64,000 bases of DNA from the human T2T-CHM13v2.0 reference genome, Homo sapiens, in assembly GCF_009914755.1 (NCBI RefSeq), contig NC_060925.1; one strand, written 5' to 3'. Made by a program: the position numbers and the translations under genes. Shown here one piece after another: positions 38,861 through 52,872 of this stretch (positions within the stretch are counted from its first letter, which is position 1; each line of letters begins with the position of its first letter). Below the pieces are notes generated by a model that saw nothing but the letters and a program-made list of their open reading frames with translations, was not told where the DNA came from and ran no database searches.

Positions 38861-41092
38861 ACAGTAAGAAGCAATTCTGAATTTTTGTCTCATTGCCTTT
38901 TGTTTTTATTGATAATTTTATTTTTACCAAGAAATATTGCAGATATTTGAAAAGGTGTAGACCAGAAAATTATGACAGACATCCATGACACTCTACTGCT
39001 TGAACATAGCCGAAGGCCCCCAGGAGCCCCTTCCTCACCACTCTCCCCACCTTACCCGTGGGGTAACCTCTTTTATAATTCCAGTGCTTCTCTTTAGATT
39101 TTCATGGCCCCTCATGCCCTTACAACTGCTACACCTGCTTCAGTGAACCCAGCCTGTGCCATCAGAGACCCATAGCCAATGAGGAGCGAGGCTTTGTGTA
39201 TCACAGATGCCTCATTCCTATCGGCACATGGGGTCAGGGATTAGTTTTGTGCTCAAAACTTGCCACGGAGTGTGCGTCCCGTGCAGCATGTCTTCTTGTT
39301 GGGCTGCTGCCTTAGTCTCCTTTGGTCTGGAGGCCTGGCTTCCTGTCTAGTTGAAGAGGTTGAACCCTAGGTCCTTGTATTAATATATATTTTTATATAT
39401 TCATATATACTTTAATACAACAGACTCTTGACATACACAAAAGATAGTCTGACCAGCCCCTGGCTGTGTCCTGCTTCATGCTGGATAAACCTTCCAGGAG
39501 GCATAAGAATGCTACCTGTTTGGCAACTGGATGTTTTTGATTCTGATGTCTGTCCTGAACGTATCTTCATTTGTCGCCTTTCTTCAGGTATTCTAATTCT
39601 GACTGCTGGTCTTCCTAACTTAGGCCCACTTATACCCTACTCTTATCTGCCACATGAAGGTCCCAGTAAGGCTCATGTCCTAGCTGGGTGGATTGAGGAG
39701 TATTAAACCTATTAATTTATACCCTTTCATGATTTACAGATATACAGTGGGGCAATGGGTAATTTCTTTTAATTTGCCTATTAAAATGTTCTATAAAGCA
39801 GTTGCTATTCCATAAACAATCACTTAAATAGACCATAATAATGCACCTTAAAAATCATGCAATAATTCCATTTTTAATAACTCCCCTTTGTAACACTGAA
39901 ACGTGCCTTTCCTTCTCTACCTACCCCTTGTCCCACAACTGATCTGTTCTGTTAAGTACAGAATTTTGTATGTAGTTTCTTAATGTGGCTATGAATCTCT
40001 TTTTTTAGCCCAAGGAAGCTTGTCAATATTTTTGGGGGGTTTCATATTTCATTTCTAACTCCTTTTGAAATGGCAGAAGTTTCTAAATATCCTAAGAATA
40101 ATCTGGGCTAGGACTCAAGAAGGACTTCCTGACACAGAAAGGTTGTAGAATGTTTCGTTTAAAATAATATAATAGTAATAGTTTTAAAAGGGGAGGGGAG
40201 AGGTCACCCTATATCTGTGAGGGCTGGAGGGAAGAGTTAAATGACTTCTGAAGGTCTGATTCAGCCCTAAGATTCTTTGATGTGATTGTTCTGTTCTTTC
40301 CAGCTGTCTGTCTTTGATCCAAGCTTTGCCTGCTGGAGCTGAGCTCCAAGTGAGAAACTTCCAGCTCCACGCCATCCTCGGCAACCCAGGACCTTGAGCC
40401 AGCTGGCTGACCGTGCTCTCTGGGGATTCCATGCCAGGGCTGATTGGCTCCTCTGATTTGCTTTGACTGTTTGACTTCCAGGGAAGGCCTATGGCAGGTG
40501 AAGCTGATGAACCCCTTCCAGGGATCTTCTGCCTGCATTAGTTAACTCATTAGGGACTTTCCGGGCATCCTCTCACTGAGCAGGGACACTGTCTGCCTTT
40601 TACCTTGTCCCTTTCACACTCACTGGTTATGCATGGTTGACTGGGCAACCCACTTCTGCAACTGACCATCTAGTTCAACTACCAGAGCTCAGGTTGATTT
40701 CCAAGTCCTAGGTATGGTTCAAGTTAAGTAGAAGCCTGTTTAATTCCTTTTTGAGTACAAAGTGATCCAGCAAGTGGTGTATTCTAGATACAGTAATAAC
40801 TTAATTGGCAACAGAATGGTTTAAATAATGTCTTTTGCAAGGAACAATTGGATCAATAACTTAATTGCTGGGTTCATACATATATAAATGCAACAGACTC
40901 TTGACATACACAAAAGACACAGTCTGAGACCCATGTGCTTCCCCAAATTCATAAATAGGAAAATACTTTTAAGATTCTTGGCTTACTCCTCAACCACATT
41001 CCTGTCTTGTGACTTTTCAACTTCTGGGAACATTTTACCTCTGATTCAATTAGATTTTTATAGCAGTAAGTGTACTTCCAAAAACTATTTTT

Positions 41093-41677
41093 AAAAAATA
41101 CTATCAACTTTAATTTTAGATCCAGGGGATGCATTGTGGGTTTGTTACGTGGGTATATTGCGTGATGCTGAGGTTTGGGGTGTGAATGATCCCATTACCC
41201 AGGTAGTGAGCATAGTACTCAATAGGTAGTTTTTCAGCCCTTGGCCCCATCCTCCTTCCCCCTCTACAAGTCACTAGTATCTATTATTGCCATCTTTATG
41301 TCCATATGTACCCAAAGTTTAGCTCCCACTTATAAGTGAGAACATATGGTATTTGGTTTTCTGTTCCTACATTAATTCGCTTAGGATAATGGCCTCCAGC
41401 TGCATCCATGTTGCTGCAAAGGACATGATCTCATTCTTTTTTAAGGCTGCCTAGTATTCCATAGTGTATACGTAACACGTTTTTTTTTAATCCAGCCCAC
41501 CGTTGATGGACACTTAGGTTGATTCTGTGTTTTTGCTATTGTGAATAGCACTGCAGAGAGCACACAAGTACATGTGTCTTTTTGGTAGAACAGTGCCTTT
41601 TCTTTTGGATATATGCCCAGTAATGGTATTGCTGGGTCAAATGGTAGTTCTGTTTTATATTCTTTAAGAAATCTCCA
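41093..41677 (-). mobile_element. Older L1PA (PA13-16-like) 3' end, target of a younger L1
   Basis: gtgatgctgaggtttgggg...acccaggtagtgagcatagta...gctcccacttataagtgagaacat; continues briefly at 46016 (cactgcttc). Confidence 0.88.
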
Positions 41678-44600
41678 CTCTTCCTATTTGAATACCCTTT
41701 ATTTCTTTCTCCTGTCTGATTGCCCTGGCCAGAACTTCCAATACTATGTTGAATAGGAGTGGTGAGAAAGGGCATCCTTGTCTTATGCTGGTTTTCAAAG
41801 GGAGTGATTCCAGCTTTTGCCCATTCAGTATGATATTGGCCGTGGGTTTGTCATAAATAGCTCTTATTATTTTGAGATACATTCCGTCAATACCTAGTTT
41901 ATTGAGGGTTTGTAGCATGAAGGGGTGTTGAATTTTATCGAAGGCCTTTTCTGCATCTATTGAGATAATCATGGTTTTTGTCATTGGTTCTGTTTATGTG
42001 ATGGATTACGTTTGATTTCCATATATTGAAACATCCTTGCATCCCAGGGATGAAGCTGACTTGATTGTGGTGGGTAAGCTTTTTGATGTGCTGTTGAATT
42101 CAGTTTGCCAGTATTTTATTGAGGATTTTCACGTCGATGTTCATCATGGATATTGGTCTGAAATTTTCTTTTTTTGTTGTGTCTCTGCCAGGTTTTGGTA
42201 TCAGGAAGATGCTGGCCTCATAAAATGGGTTAGGGAGGAGTCTCTCTTTTTCTATTGTTTGGAATACTTTCAGAAGGAATGGTACCAGCTCCTGTTTGTA
42301 TGTCTGGTAGAATTCAGCTGTGAATCCATCCGGTCCTGGGCTTTTTTTTGGTTTGTAGGCTATTAATTACTGCCTCAATTTCAGAACTTGTTATTGGTCT
42401 ATTCAGGGATTCGGCTTCTTCCTGGTTTAGTCTTGGGAGGATGTATGTGTCCAGGAATTTCTAGATTTTCTAGTTTATTTGTGTAGAGGTGTTTATCATC
42501 TTCTCTGATGGTAGTTTATATTTCTGTGGGATCAGCGATGATAACCCTTTTATCACTTCTTATGGTGTCTATTTGATTCTTTTTTCTTCTATATTAGTTT
42601 GGCTAGAGGTCTACTTTGTTAATCTTTTAAAAAAAACCAGCTCCTGGATTGATTGATTTTTTGGAGGGTTTTTTTCTGTCTCTATCTCCTTCAGTTCTGC
42701 CCAGATCTTAGTTATTTCTTGTCTTCTGCTAGCTTTTGAATGTGTTTGCTCTTGCTTCTCTAGTTCTCTTAATTGTGATGTTAGGGTGTCATTTTGGATC
42801 CTTCCCCCTTTCTCCTGTGGGCAGTTAGTGCTATAAATTTCCCTCTAAACACTGCTTTAGCTATGTCCCAGAGATTCTGGCACATTGGGTCTTTGTTCTT
42901 ATTGGTTTCAAAGAACATTGTTATTTCTGCCTTCATTTTGTGATTTACCAGTAGTCATTCAGGAGCAGGTTGTTCCGTTTCCATGTAGTTGTGTGGTTTT
43001 GAGTGAGTTTCTTAATCCTGAGTTCTAGTTTGATTGCACTGTGGTCTGAGAGACTGTTACAATTTTCATACTTTTGCATTTGCTAGGGAGTGTTTTACTT
43101 CCAATTATGTGGTCAATTTTAGAATAAGTGCAATGTGGTGCTGAGAAGAATGTATATTCTGTTGATTTGGGGTGGAGAGTTCTGTAGATGTCTATTAGGT
43201 GTGCTTGGTCCAGAGCTGAGTTCAAGTCTTGAATATCCTTGTTAATTTTTTGTCTTGTTGATCTAATATTGACAGTGGGGTGTTAAAATCTCCCATTATT
43301 ATTGTGTGGGAGTCAGTCTCTTTGTAGGTCTCTAAGAACTTGTTTTATGAATCTGGGTGCTCCTATATTGGGTGCATATATATTTAGGATAGTTAGCTCT
43401 TCTTGTTGCATTGATCCCTTTACCATTATGTAATGCCCTTCTTTGTCTCTTTTGATGTTTGTTGGTTTAAAGTCTGTTTTATCAGAGACTGGGATTGCAA
43501 CCCCTGCTTTTTTTTTTTTTTTTTTGCTTTCCATTTACTTGGTAAATATTCTTCCATCCCTTTATTTTGAGCCTATGTGTGTCTTTGCACATGAGATGTG
43601 TCTCCTGAATACAGTGCACCTATGGGTCTTGACTCTTTATCCAATTTGCCAGTCTATGTCTTTTAATTGGGGCATTTAGCCTGTTTACATTTAAGGTTAA
43701 TATTGTTATGTGTGAATTTGATCCTGTCATTATGATGCTAGCTGGTTATTTTGCCCATTAGTTGATGCAGTTTCTTCATAGTGTCAATGGTCTTTACAAT
43801 TTGGTATGTTTTTGCAGTGGCTGGTACCGGTTTTTCCTTTCCATATTTAGTGCTTCCTTCAGGAGCTCTTGTAAGACAGGCCTGGTGGTGACAGAAATCT
43901 CTCAGTATTTGCTTGTCTGTAAAGGATTTTATTTCTCTTTTGCTTATGAAGCTTAGTTTGGCTGGATATGAAATTCTGGGTTGAAAACTCTTTTCTTTAA
44001 GAATGTTGAATATTGGCCCCCACTCCCTTCTGGCATGTAAGGTTTCTGCTGAGAGATCCACTGTTAGTCTGATGGGCTTCCCTTTGTGGGTAACCCGACC
44101 TTTCTGTTGCAGATGACATGATTGTATATGTAGAAAACCCCATCGTCTCAGCCCAAAATCTCCTTAAGCTGATAAGCAGCTTCAGCAAAGTCTCAGATAC
44201 AAAATCAATGTGTAAAAATCACAAGAATTCCTATACACCAATAATAAACAGAGAGCCAAATCATGAGTAAACTCCCATTCACAATTGCTACAAAGAGAAT
44301 AAAATATCTAGGAATACAACTTAGAAGGGATGTGAAGGACCTCTTCAAGGAGAACTACAAACAACTGCTCAAGGAAATAAGAGAGGACACAAACAAATGG
44401 AAAAACATTCCATGCTTATGGATAGGAAGAATCAATATTGTGAAAATGACCATACTGCCCTAAGTAATTTATAGATTCAATGCCATCTCCATCAAGCTAC
44501 CATTGGCTTTCTTCACAGAGTTAGAAAACGGTACTTTAAATTTCATATGGAACCGAAAAGCCCATATAGCCAAGAAAATCTTAAGCAAAAAGACCAAAGC

Positions 44601-46010
44601 TGGAGGCATCATGCTACCTGACTTTAAACTATACTACAAGGCTACAGTAATGAAAACAGCATGATACTTGTACCAAAACAGATATGTAGACCAATGGAAC
44701 AGAACAGAGGCCTCAGAAATAATACCACACATCTACAACCGTCTGATCTTTGACAAACCTGACAAAAATAAGCAATGGGGAAGGGATTCCCTACTTAATG
44801 GTGTTGGGAAAACTGACTAGCTATATGCAGAAAACTGAAACTGGACCCCTTCCTTATATCTTATACAAAAATTAAGATGGATGAAAGACTTAAACGTAAG
44901 ACCTGAAACAATAAAACCCTAGAAGAAAACCTAGACAATACCATTCAGGACATAGGCATGGGCAAAGACTTCATGACTAAAACACCAAAAGCAATGGCAA
45001 CAAAAGCCAAAATTGACAAATGGGATCTCATTAAACTAAAGAGCTTCTGCACAGCAAAAGAAACTATCATCAGAATGAAGAGGCAACCTACAGAATGGGA
45101 GAAAAATTTTGCAATCTATCCATCTGACAAAGGGCTAATATTCAGACTCTACAAGGAACTTAAACCAATTTACAAGAAAAAACCCCATCAAAAAGTGGGC
45201 AAAGGATATGAACAGACACTTCTCAAAAGACATTTATGCTGCAGAAACATATGAAAAAAAGCTCATCATCACTTGTCATTAGAAAAATGCAGATCAAAAC
45301 CACAATGAGATACCATCTCACACCAGTTAGAATGGCAATCATTAAAAAGTCAGGAAGCAACAGATGCTGGAGAGGATGTGGAGAAATAGGAATGCTTTTA
45401 CACTGTTGGTGGGAGTGTAAATTAGTTCAACCATTGTGGAAGACAGTGTGGCAATTCCTCAAGGATCTAGAACCAGAAATACCGTTTGACCCAGCAATCC
45501 CATTATGGGTATATACCCAAAGGATTATAAATCATGCTATAAAGACACATGCACACGTATGTTTATTGCAGCACTATTCATAACAGCAAAGACTTGGAAC
45601 CAACCCAAATGTCCATTAATGATAGACTGGATAAAGAAAATGTGGCACATATATACCATGGAATACTATGCAGCCATAAAAAAGGATGAGTTCATGTCCT
45701 TTGCAGAGACATGGATGAAGCTGGAAACCATCATTCTCAGCAAACTAACACAGGAACAGAAAACACTGCATTTTTCTCACTCATAAGTGGGAGTTGAACA
45801 ATGAGAACACATGAACACAGGGAGGGGTACACCACACACTGGGGCCTGTTGGCGGGTGGTTGACTAGGGGAGGGTATAGCATTAGGAGAAATACCTAATG
45901 TAGATGACAGGTTGATGAGCGCAGCAAACCACCACGGCACGTGTATACCTGTGTAACAAACCTGCACGTTTGGCACATATATCCCAGAACTTAAAGTATA
46001 ATTAAAAAAA
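41678..46010 (+). mobile_element. 5'-truncated, 5'-inverted L1PA6/7-like element, about 4.3 kb
   Basis: Antisense ORF1-end, endonuclease and early RT segment 41678-44104 (ORF track: [37 protein letters not shown]); sense RT to 3' UTR 44105-46010 ([25 protein letters not shown]); TSD-like aagaaatctcca / aaaaaaactcca; ORFs disrupted. Confidence 0.95.
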
Positions 46011-46494
46011 CTCCACACTGCTTCAGATACCAATTTGCAAATTGCCTTTATTTGCATGTGGATACATGTAGACATATGTTGCTGTGTAGAGGCCTTATTC
46101 TTAGGCCACCACTGAATTAAACTTCTTACTTCATTTCCAACTTTTGTTTCCTACTAAGTAAGGTTCATCACTGTCCTCCTAAACTTGAATTTTTATTTTT
46201 AAATTCCTAAACAATGTGTTTATTCTTGTTATACATTCAAACAACACAAAGCTGAAACTCCATCATACTGCCAACCTGATCCCATTTTTCCTGCTAGAGA
46301 GAGTCAATGTTGAAAATTTGGAGTGCTGCTTGTGAGCCCCAAGGGCTCATCCAGTAGAGTTCTAAGAGCACAGACTCTGGGGCCTGTCTGCTTGGGCAAG
46401 CCGTAGGCTCTGCTTCAGTTTGAATCTGAGCCCTTCACTTATCAGCTGAGTGATCTAGCTTTGGCTTGTCTGAGAACATTTCTTTTTGCCTTTG

Positions 46495-46630
46495 TTTTTT
46501 AAAATTAAACTTTCTATTTGAGATAATTGTAGACTCATGTACAGTTTTAAGAAACAGTATGGAGGGATCTTGTGTACCTTTTACTCAGTTTCCCCCAATA
46601 GTAAACTCTTGCAAAACCATAGTACTGAAA
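46495..46630 (-). mobile_element. L1M 3' terminal fragment
   Basis: gagataattgtagactcatgtacagttttaagaaa...ttactcagtttccccc. Confidence 0.7.
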
Positions 46631-47029
46631 GCTTGAGATATTCACCAGGATCTATCTACTTTAGCTGGACCTGTATCTCAATATCTCCCTAGCGCAGTAC
46701 ATGTCCTCTGAGCTCTCTGCTCAGCTTTTAGCTTCCCAGAATATTCTCTGCTAGGTTTTTTGAGGTCTTGCCCTCAAGAGTTGGCCAAACACTCAAGGGC
46801 AATTTTATGCTGAGTTTTTGGGGCTCGTTTTCAGGTCCCTCCTCTCTGAAACTCTGCCCCACTTGAATTCAATCACTCTGGCAACTATTAATACTGTTCT
46901 CTGTTTCCTCTATCCAGTGATCTGGAAAAAGTTGCAGTCAGAGAGGTAATAGGCTAGCTAGATTATTTTGGGCTTTGTAGGCCATTTAAGCCACTATAGG
47001 CCATTGTAGTCATTGATATCAGAATAATC

Positions 47030-48630
47030 AACATTATAAATGCGTGTTGATTTGGGAGATGTCTACTGAGATACTTATATTGATTTTCCCTTTAATGTAC
47101 TGATGTGGTAGATTACATCAATAGATATGTAAAAGCTCATAGAATAAAGTGATTTTGGTTCATTATTTTTTAGTATGCTGTTATTAAGTTTGCTAATATT
47201 TTCTTTAGGACTTTTGCATGTCTGCTCACATGTAGTATTGGCTGATAGTTTCATCTTCTTGTGTTGTCCTTGTCCCGTCTCAGAACTAGAATTATTATGC
47301 TAGCTTCATAAAATCAGTTTAGTAGCTTTCCACCTTTTTTTATGTCAGTATTTGATATGGATTGGATAGTTTCTGTTCTTTGAATGCTTGGTAGAATTTT
47401 TCCAAAGTTTATTGGTTTATTGTTGTTTATTTTTCACACTGTTATAATTTATACTTTCCATAAAATCATTTAAATCTAGTTCTCAAATTTGTTGGCATAA
47501 CATTTTACATAGAATTCTCTTACAATTAAAAAATTGTAGCCATAGTACCTTTTTCCATTTACTTATAACTTTCATCCTTTTCTTGATCAGACTCAGTTTT
47601 ATTTTCAAAGACTTAGCTCTTAGTTTACTGATCAGTGCTTTTAAAAAAATATATTATCTTTCATTAGTTTCTGAGTGTATCTTCATTAATTCTTTCTGCT
47701 TTATTTGGCATATTTATTTTTCCTTTTCTAGATTTTTAAGTAGTTTATTCACAATTTTAGTTTCTATCCCATGCAGTTAAGGCCATAAATGTTCTTAGGA
47801 TTCATTTAGGGTGCATGCCATTGATTTCGGTATGTCGTATTCTGTTTGTTTTTCATTTCAAAATAGTTTGTTATTTGCAGGTTTTTTTTTTTAAATCAGA
47901 AATGCATTTACATTTCTGGCTGCATATTTTTATGGATAGAGGGTGCTACAGTGGATGGTGTGGTGTGCCACATAGTTCTCTCTTTAGGACCAAGACAGTC
48001 ATTCTCCCAGGTGCAGGGAATATCGGCTGCTAATGGGTCACAGCTGAGTCCTTCTTTAGGCATTGCCCTCAGCCAAAGGGAGTTACTCACCCAAAGTCAC
48101 ACCCCTTTCCAGGGCAGCTTACATCTGTGACTGGTTGAGGGGTACAAAGGCCTTACCTCCATGCCTCAGTTCAGGACAACTTCAAGGGCAGTCCTAGATC
48201 CAGATTTATCTGTAGGATCATCCAAGACCTCTGTTGCTACTGCACTGTGGTTCACCTTCTCCCTCTGCCCAGTTCTGCTTCGCCTTCTTCCCCTACCCCC
48301 TCTCTTTTGCAGGTGTTGCTCTAGGGAATATGACTCAAAACCTCCTGTTCACAGATATCTATCTCACAGTTTGTTTCCTGGGGAACCTGAACTTTAACAG
48401 GGCTATCTTGTGGTTGCTGTTTCTAATGTAATTTACATTAGTGAACATTTTTTCTGCATGCACAGGTAGGAGAGTTTCTATACCTGGAAGTAGAATCACT
48501 GGGTTAAAGGGCATACACATATTCAGTTTCACCAGGTATCACTCACTAGTTTCCTGATGTGGCTGTGCCAGTTTCCTCGCCAATCAGCTGTGTATTGACA
48601 TCCTTGCTAACACTTTGTTACCATCCTTTT
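47030..48630 (-). mobile_element. Degraded L1ME-like fragments around an LTR16 insertion
   Basis: tttgctaatattttctttaggacttttgcatgtctg...gaatgcttggtagaatt; agtagaatcactgggttaaagggcat. Confidence 0.6.
47943..48398 (+). mobile_element. LTR16-type ERVL solo LTR
   Basis: cacagctgagtcctt...gccctcagccaaaggga...cccaaagtcacacccc...gtttcctggggaacctgaactttaaca. Confidence 0.75.
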
Positions 48631-51600
48631 ACTGTAGCTCTCCCAGGTCACTCTAGGTGTGTCTCTCATAAACAGCTGATAGGTGGTTTTTAAAAAACTC
48701 GTTCATTGAGTCTCTACCTTTAATAGATTAATTCTGGATGTTCACTCCCATTTTTTTAATTAAAGAAATACAATTAACTTTTTCTAGTTCAAAATATAAA
48801 CTCTGTGTTAGGAAACCTGGACTCTAATCGGTATTTTTGCCTAGGATGAATTCTGTGGCCTAGATTCAATTTCATCCTCTCTGGACCTCCTATTTTCTTA
48901 TCTATTAAATATGTAAGTTTGAGAGACTCTCCTAGGCCCCTTCCACTCTGACAGCTTGTGATTCCCAGGCTCAGTCCCTATCTCTCCTTCCACAACTGCC
49001 CTCATTTCCCCACTGCCCATACCGAGGTCGTGCCTTAGAGACCATCCTTGCTCTTCTTCTTAGAGAAAAATCTTTTGCTTCTCATGGTGATCAGGGGCTT
49101 GGGGTCAGGCTTTGGGGGGCAGAATGCACAGAAGTGGGGAGGAAAAGATTGGGATGAATTTCTTCATTCTCTTTGATACTGCTTCTCCCCACCTGTCCCC
49201 CACAACCTCCACCTAACTCAAATTCTTTTGGATTTCCCACTCACTGATCTAGAAACAATGTTCACCAATTCTCATTCCATTGTTTTTATTTATATAGTTA
49301 TATTTTGTTTGAGATGCCATACAACCTAAGTAAAAAAGATCTGGCCTTTTAAAAGTTAAGATTTTAGAGGGGTCAATATTTATTGAAAAAAAATTGTTGA
49401 TACTATTTTGTTAAGTATGGGAATACAAGCTGAATGAGACTGTCTCCCCCTCTCAGAGCACACAGTCTGATGGCAAGATTGGGCAAACATGCTCGAATGA
49501 ATAAAAGCAAACACCAGGATCATGATCTAGAGAGAGTGCTTTAGGTGTGGCCAGGAATGAAATGCTTACCAGTCCTGGGGTGGCCAGAGGAGCCCTTGCT
49601 GAGGAGAATGGAGTTAAGCTGGCAACAGAATGGCAAAGAGAAGGAGGGGATGAGATGACATTATTCATTCTGCTTCTGGTTGTACATTTGTACATGTTTA
49701 ATGCTTCATGCAGAGAAATGAATGGATGCTAAATACACAGCTTTTCAGGATGCTCTAAGGCCCTTGGAATCTGCTCCAGATAAGACCTAGTGTCACTCTT
49801 AATGTATCTTTATCATTAGCAATGCAGTGTCTCTGGTTCAGAGTCTTAGACTCCTCCCTCCTGAGATTTTGGGGTTGAGATAAGAATATATGCAAGCCCA
49901 TAAGAATGTATGGGCTGTGGTTTTTCTGACAGGCAGGTCATTGCTTTCATATGTGAAGATGTCCAGTCAACCATGAACCTAAATGACCATGTGTCCTGTC
50001 TACTGACTACAGGAAAGCAGTTATCCAATTTAATATTCTATTAAATTGGCAGGCATAAGAGCCTTAAGGAGGCCTATGAGCCTTAAGGAAATGGGTCCAA
50101 ACCTATCTACCAATCTTTTTTTTTTTTTAACTAGTTTTAGATTTTTGTTTTATTTTTACTCTTGCATCTGTGGGTGTGAAACTCCCTATTGGCAGCAGAA
50201 TTGACTGCCTCTGGGCAGATGTCTGTGTTCCCAGAGCCTACTGACAAAGGGGTAAAGAAGGAAGTGGAGATACTGAGAATTGATTAAAGAACATATGGAA
50301 GGAATCAATATAAATTATACCAACTGAATTGGAATTCTAGTGACCAAGCACTGTTTAAACAAAATGGCTGGTCAGTTTTCATCTTGGATGGAAATGTCAT
50401 CCAATAGTTCCCCTACTGGGAATAACGCCACAAGCAATTATAGAAAATTGACTTTATACCTGAATTCCCAAATGAAAGGGAAAATTTCCAGGCACCTGAA
50501 TTCTCAAATGCACACAAAAATATTGAGATGAAATGATCCGGAACAATGTATCAGCGAACTGTGTTCTTTGAAGCAATACATTAACATGTGCAAAAGTTCT
50601 TTATGTAAATGGGAACTAAGGGCAGTGACCAATCTAGATGGGGTTAATCAGGGAAGATTTGCTAAAGATGGATTTGACACGTGGTCTTTTGGTTCTTGGT
50701 TTTTGTTTTTGGCAAATGAAGAAATAGATTGGGATTGAGGATAGGGGTAAAAATTCCATGTGGTAGGATCTGCTCCCTTCAGTGGTGGTTTCAGACCACA
50801 GAGATCCTCTTCCCTTCTCCATTTACCTGAATTCCCTGCATCCACAGCCTGTAGGTTGCAGGAAGGGAGAACATATTCCAGGCTATTATTTTCTAGGGCT
50901 CACTTCCATGTTAATTGATGAACAAGGCTTGTTGGTGCCTTCTTTAGTGTTCATTTCCCCACAGATTTGCATTTCATTTCTGGTGTGAACATATCATTGC
51001 TGTCAATATGCATACATTTTCATTAAATGGCTTTCCATTTCATTATACACCCTTGTAATGGCATTAAAGGTAAACAATTACGAAGAAAAAGAACACTCCA
51101 TTTGTTCTCTCCTTTAAGATCTAAAACTAGATTACCTTGTTCTCCTAACGGGTGAAAGTCCTTTTGTTCAACAAATTAGACATAAACACATTACTTCCAT
51201 TTCAGGCTATTTTGAAAGGCTTTCCCCTCTGTTGCCTTTCCCATCCATTTGTGTTTGATGTATAAAGTTAATTCTTGATCATAGGCACTAAATGAGTGGA
51301 ACCTTATCCTGTGTAACAGAAAATGGCAGATAATCCAAAAGCTATTTTTATTTGGCTTTGGAATATACGTGTATACTTACCTTTGAATATGGAAATGTTT
51401 GACATTCCAAAAACTTATTTCAAACTAAGTTAGGAAGCCAAGCTGGGAAGACTTCATGCTCCTGCAGCTAAGAGGCTATGTCCAATTTCTAGTCCTGCCA
51501 ACCTCAATTACTTCCACCTTGCAACTCACTTCAAGCTGTGGAAAAGCATGAAGGACTCTCAGGCTCATTCATACATTATTCTCTGTTCTGTGAAACCTGT

Positions 51601-51879
51601 GCTGAAGCAGGGAAAGGGTTAAATAGATCAGTTTCTATAGGTTTCCTGAAATAGAGAGAGAGACTTGAGAAATCAACAGAATTGTGGTTAATACAAACTT
51701 AAGAATTAATCCATGAAGAACATCTGTCTGAGGTTCTAACAGGAACTTTCCAAATATAGTGGTTAATCCAGATCAATACATTGAGTTTATTATGCACTAG
51801 ACATTCTGGTTGTTATAGTGCATATAAGATTAAAAAAGAAGCAAACAGGCAAACAAACATCTGATGCCCACGAAGACTT

Positions 51880-52330
51880 AAATGATCTAGTTCGTGCCTA
51901 TTCAATCTCATCTGCTCCCGAGTGCCCTTCACTCACGATGTGCCAGCCCCACCTTCCCTTGTTTTCTTGAATGTACCAGGTCTTTCTTGACCCTGGGCCT
52001 TCATATGCTTGACTCCTGCTGCCTGGAGTTGCCCATCACTCCTCACATGGCCCACTCCTTCTCTTCTAGGTCTCAGCTTACTTAGCGACACCTCAGAGAA
52101 AGCTTTCCCAGCTGTCCTTCCTAAAATATACCCCTTTTGTGATTTGCTGTCTTGGTAATCCCGCTGTCCCCTTTAATGCCAGTTTGTTTCCTTTTGTCTT
52201 TGTCCTTTACTGGAGTGCAAGGGTTATGCAGGCAGGGACTTTCTTATTCCATGTTGTATCTCCAACTCCGAACACAGCCTGGCTCAGAGAGATGCAGGAT
52301 GTATATTTAGAGTCAATCAAAGCTGAATAA
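51880..52330 (+). mobile_element. L2 3' fragment
   Basis: tctaggtctcagctta...cctcagagaaagctttccc...gcagggactttcttattc. Confidence 0.7.
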
Positions 52331-52872
52331 GATCTGATATGAAAGAGCTCACAGCTGAGTGGTGGTAAACCTGAAAACAGTAATTATTGCAAGTTATTTC
52401 AAAAGTTACTGTTAGCTTAAAATTTAAAAAATGGCACTACTGATTTTAAGGATTTTTAAAAATTGTATTCTTTGATTATAGAAAGTTTTAATTTTTGTCT
52501 CATATATATGCCTATCCATCCTTTTCTCCTCACTATTGGATTGTTTTGAAGCCAATCTCAGGCATCACATGAGGGCTAGGACTAGGGGTAGGAAAGAGGT
52601 GCCCAGGGTACACATGGAAGGGAGGGAGCCCTGATTTGTGGGTGCTGAACCTGCCTTCTCATGACTTAAGGACCTAGAGTGAGGCCTCCTCCAATGTCAC
52701 ACCCCAGGCTCCTCGCTAGCCTTTCCCAAGCCCTGACATCATGTGAGTCCTGCATCATATCATTTCAACAGTAAGTGTCTAAGTGTGCATGTGTCTCTGA
52801 AGACAAACAAACTTTAGTTTTAAAAATCACATAACTACATTACCATTATCACACTTAAAAATAACAATTTGT

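Noticed and set aside
41536-46075. Endonuclease/RT-like ORFs as an active L1 or novel gene
   Set aside because: Fragmented by stops and frameshifts, 5' UTR absent, half of the element inverted
50458-50510. 17-bp near-perfect direct repeat acctgaatt(c)(c/t)caaatg, possible array
   Set aside because: Only two copies plus a partial at about 50825; a simple local duplication, not a CRISPR-like array
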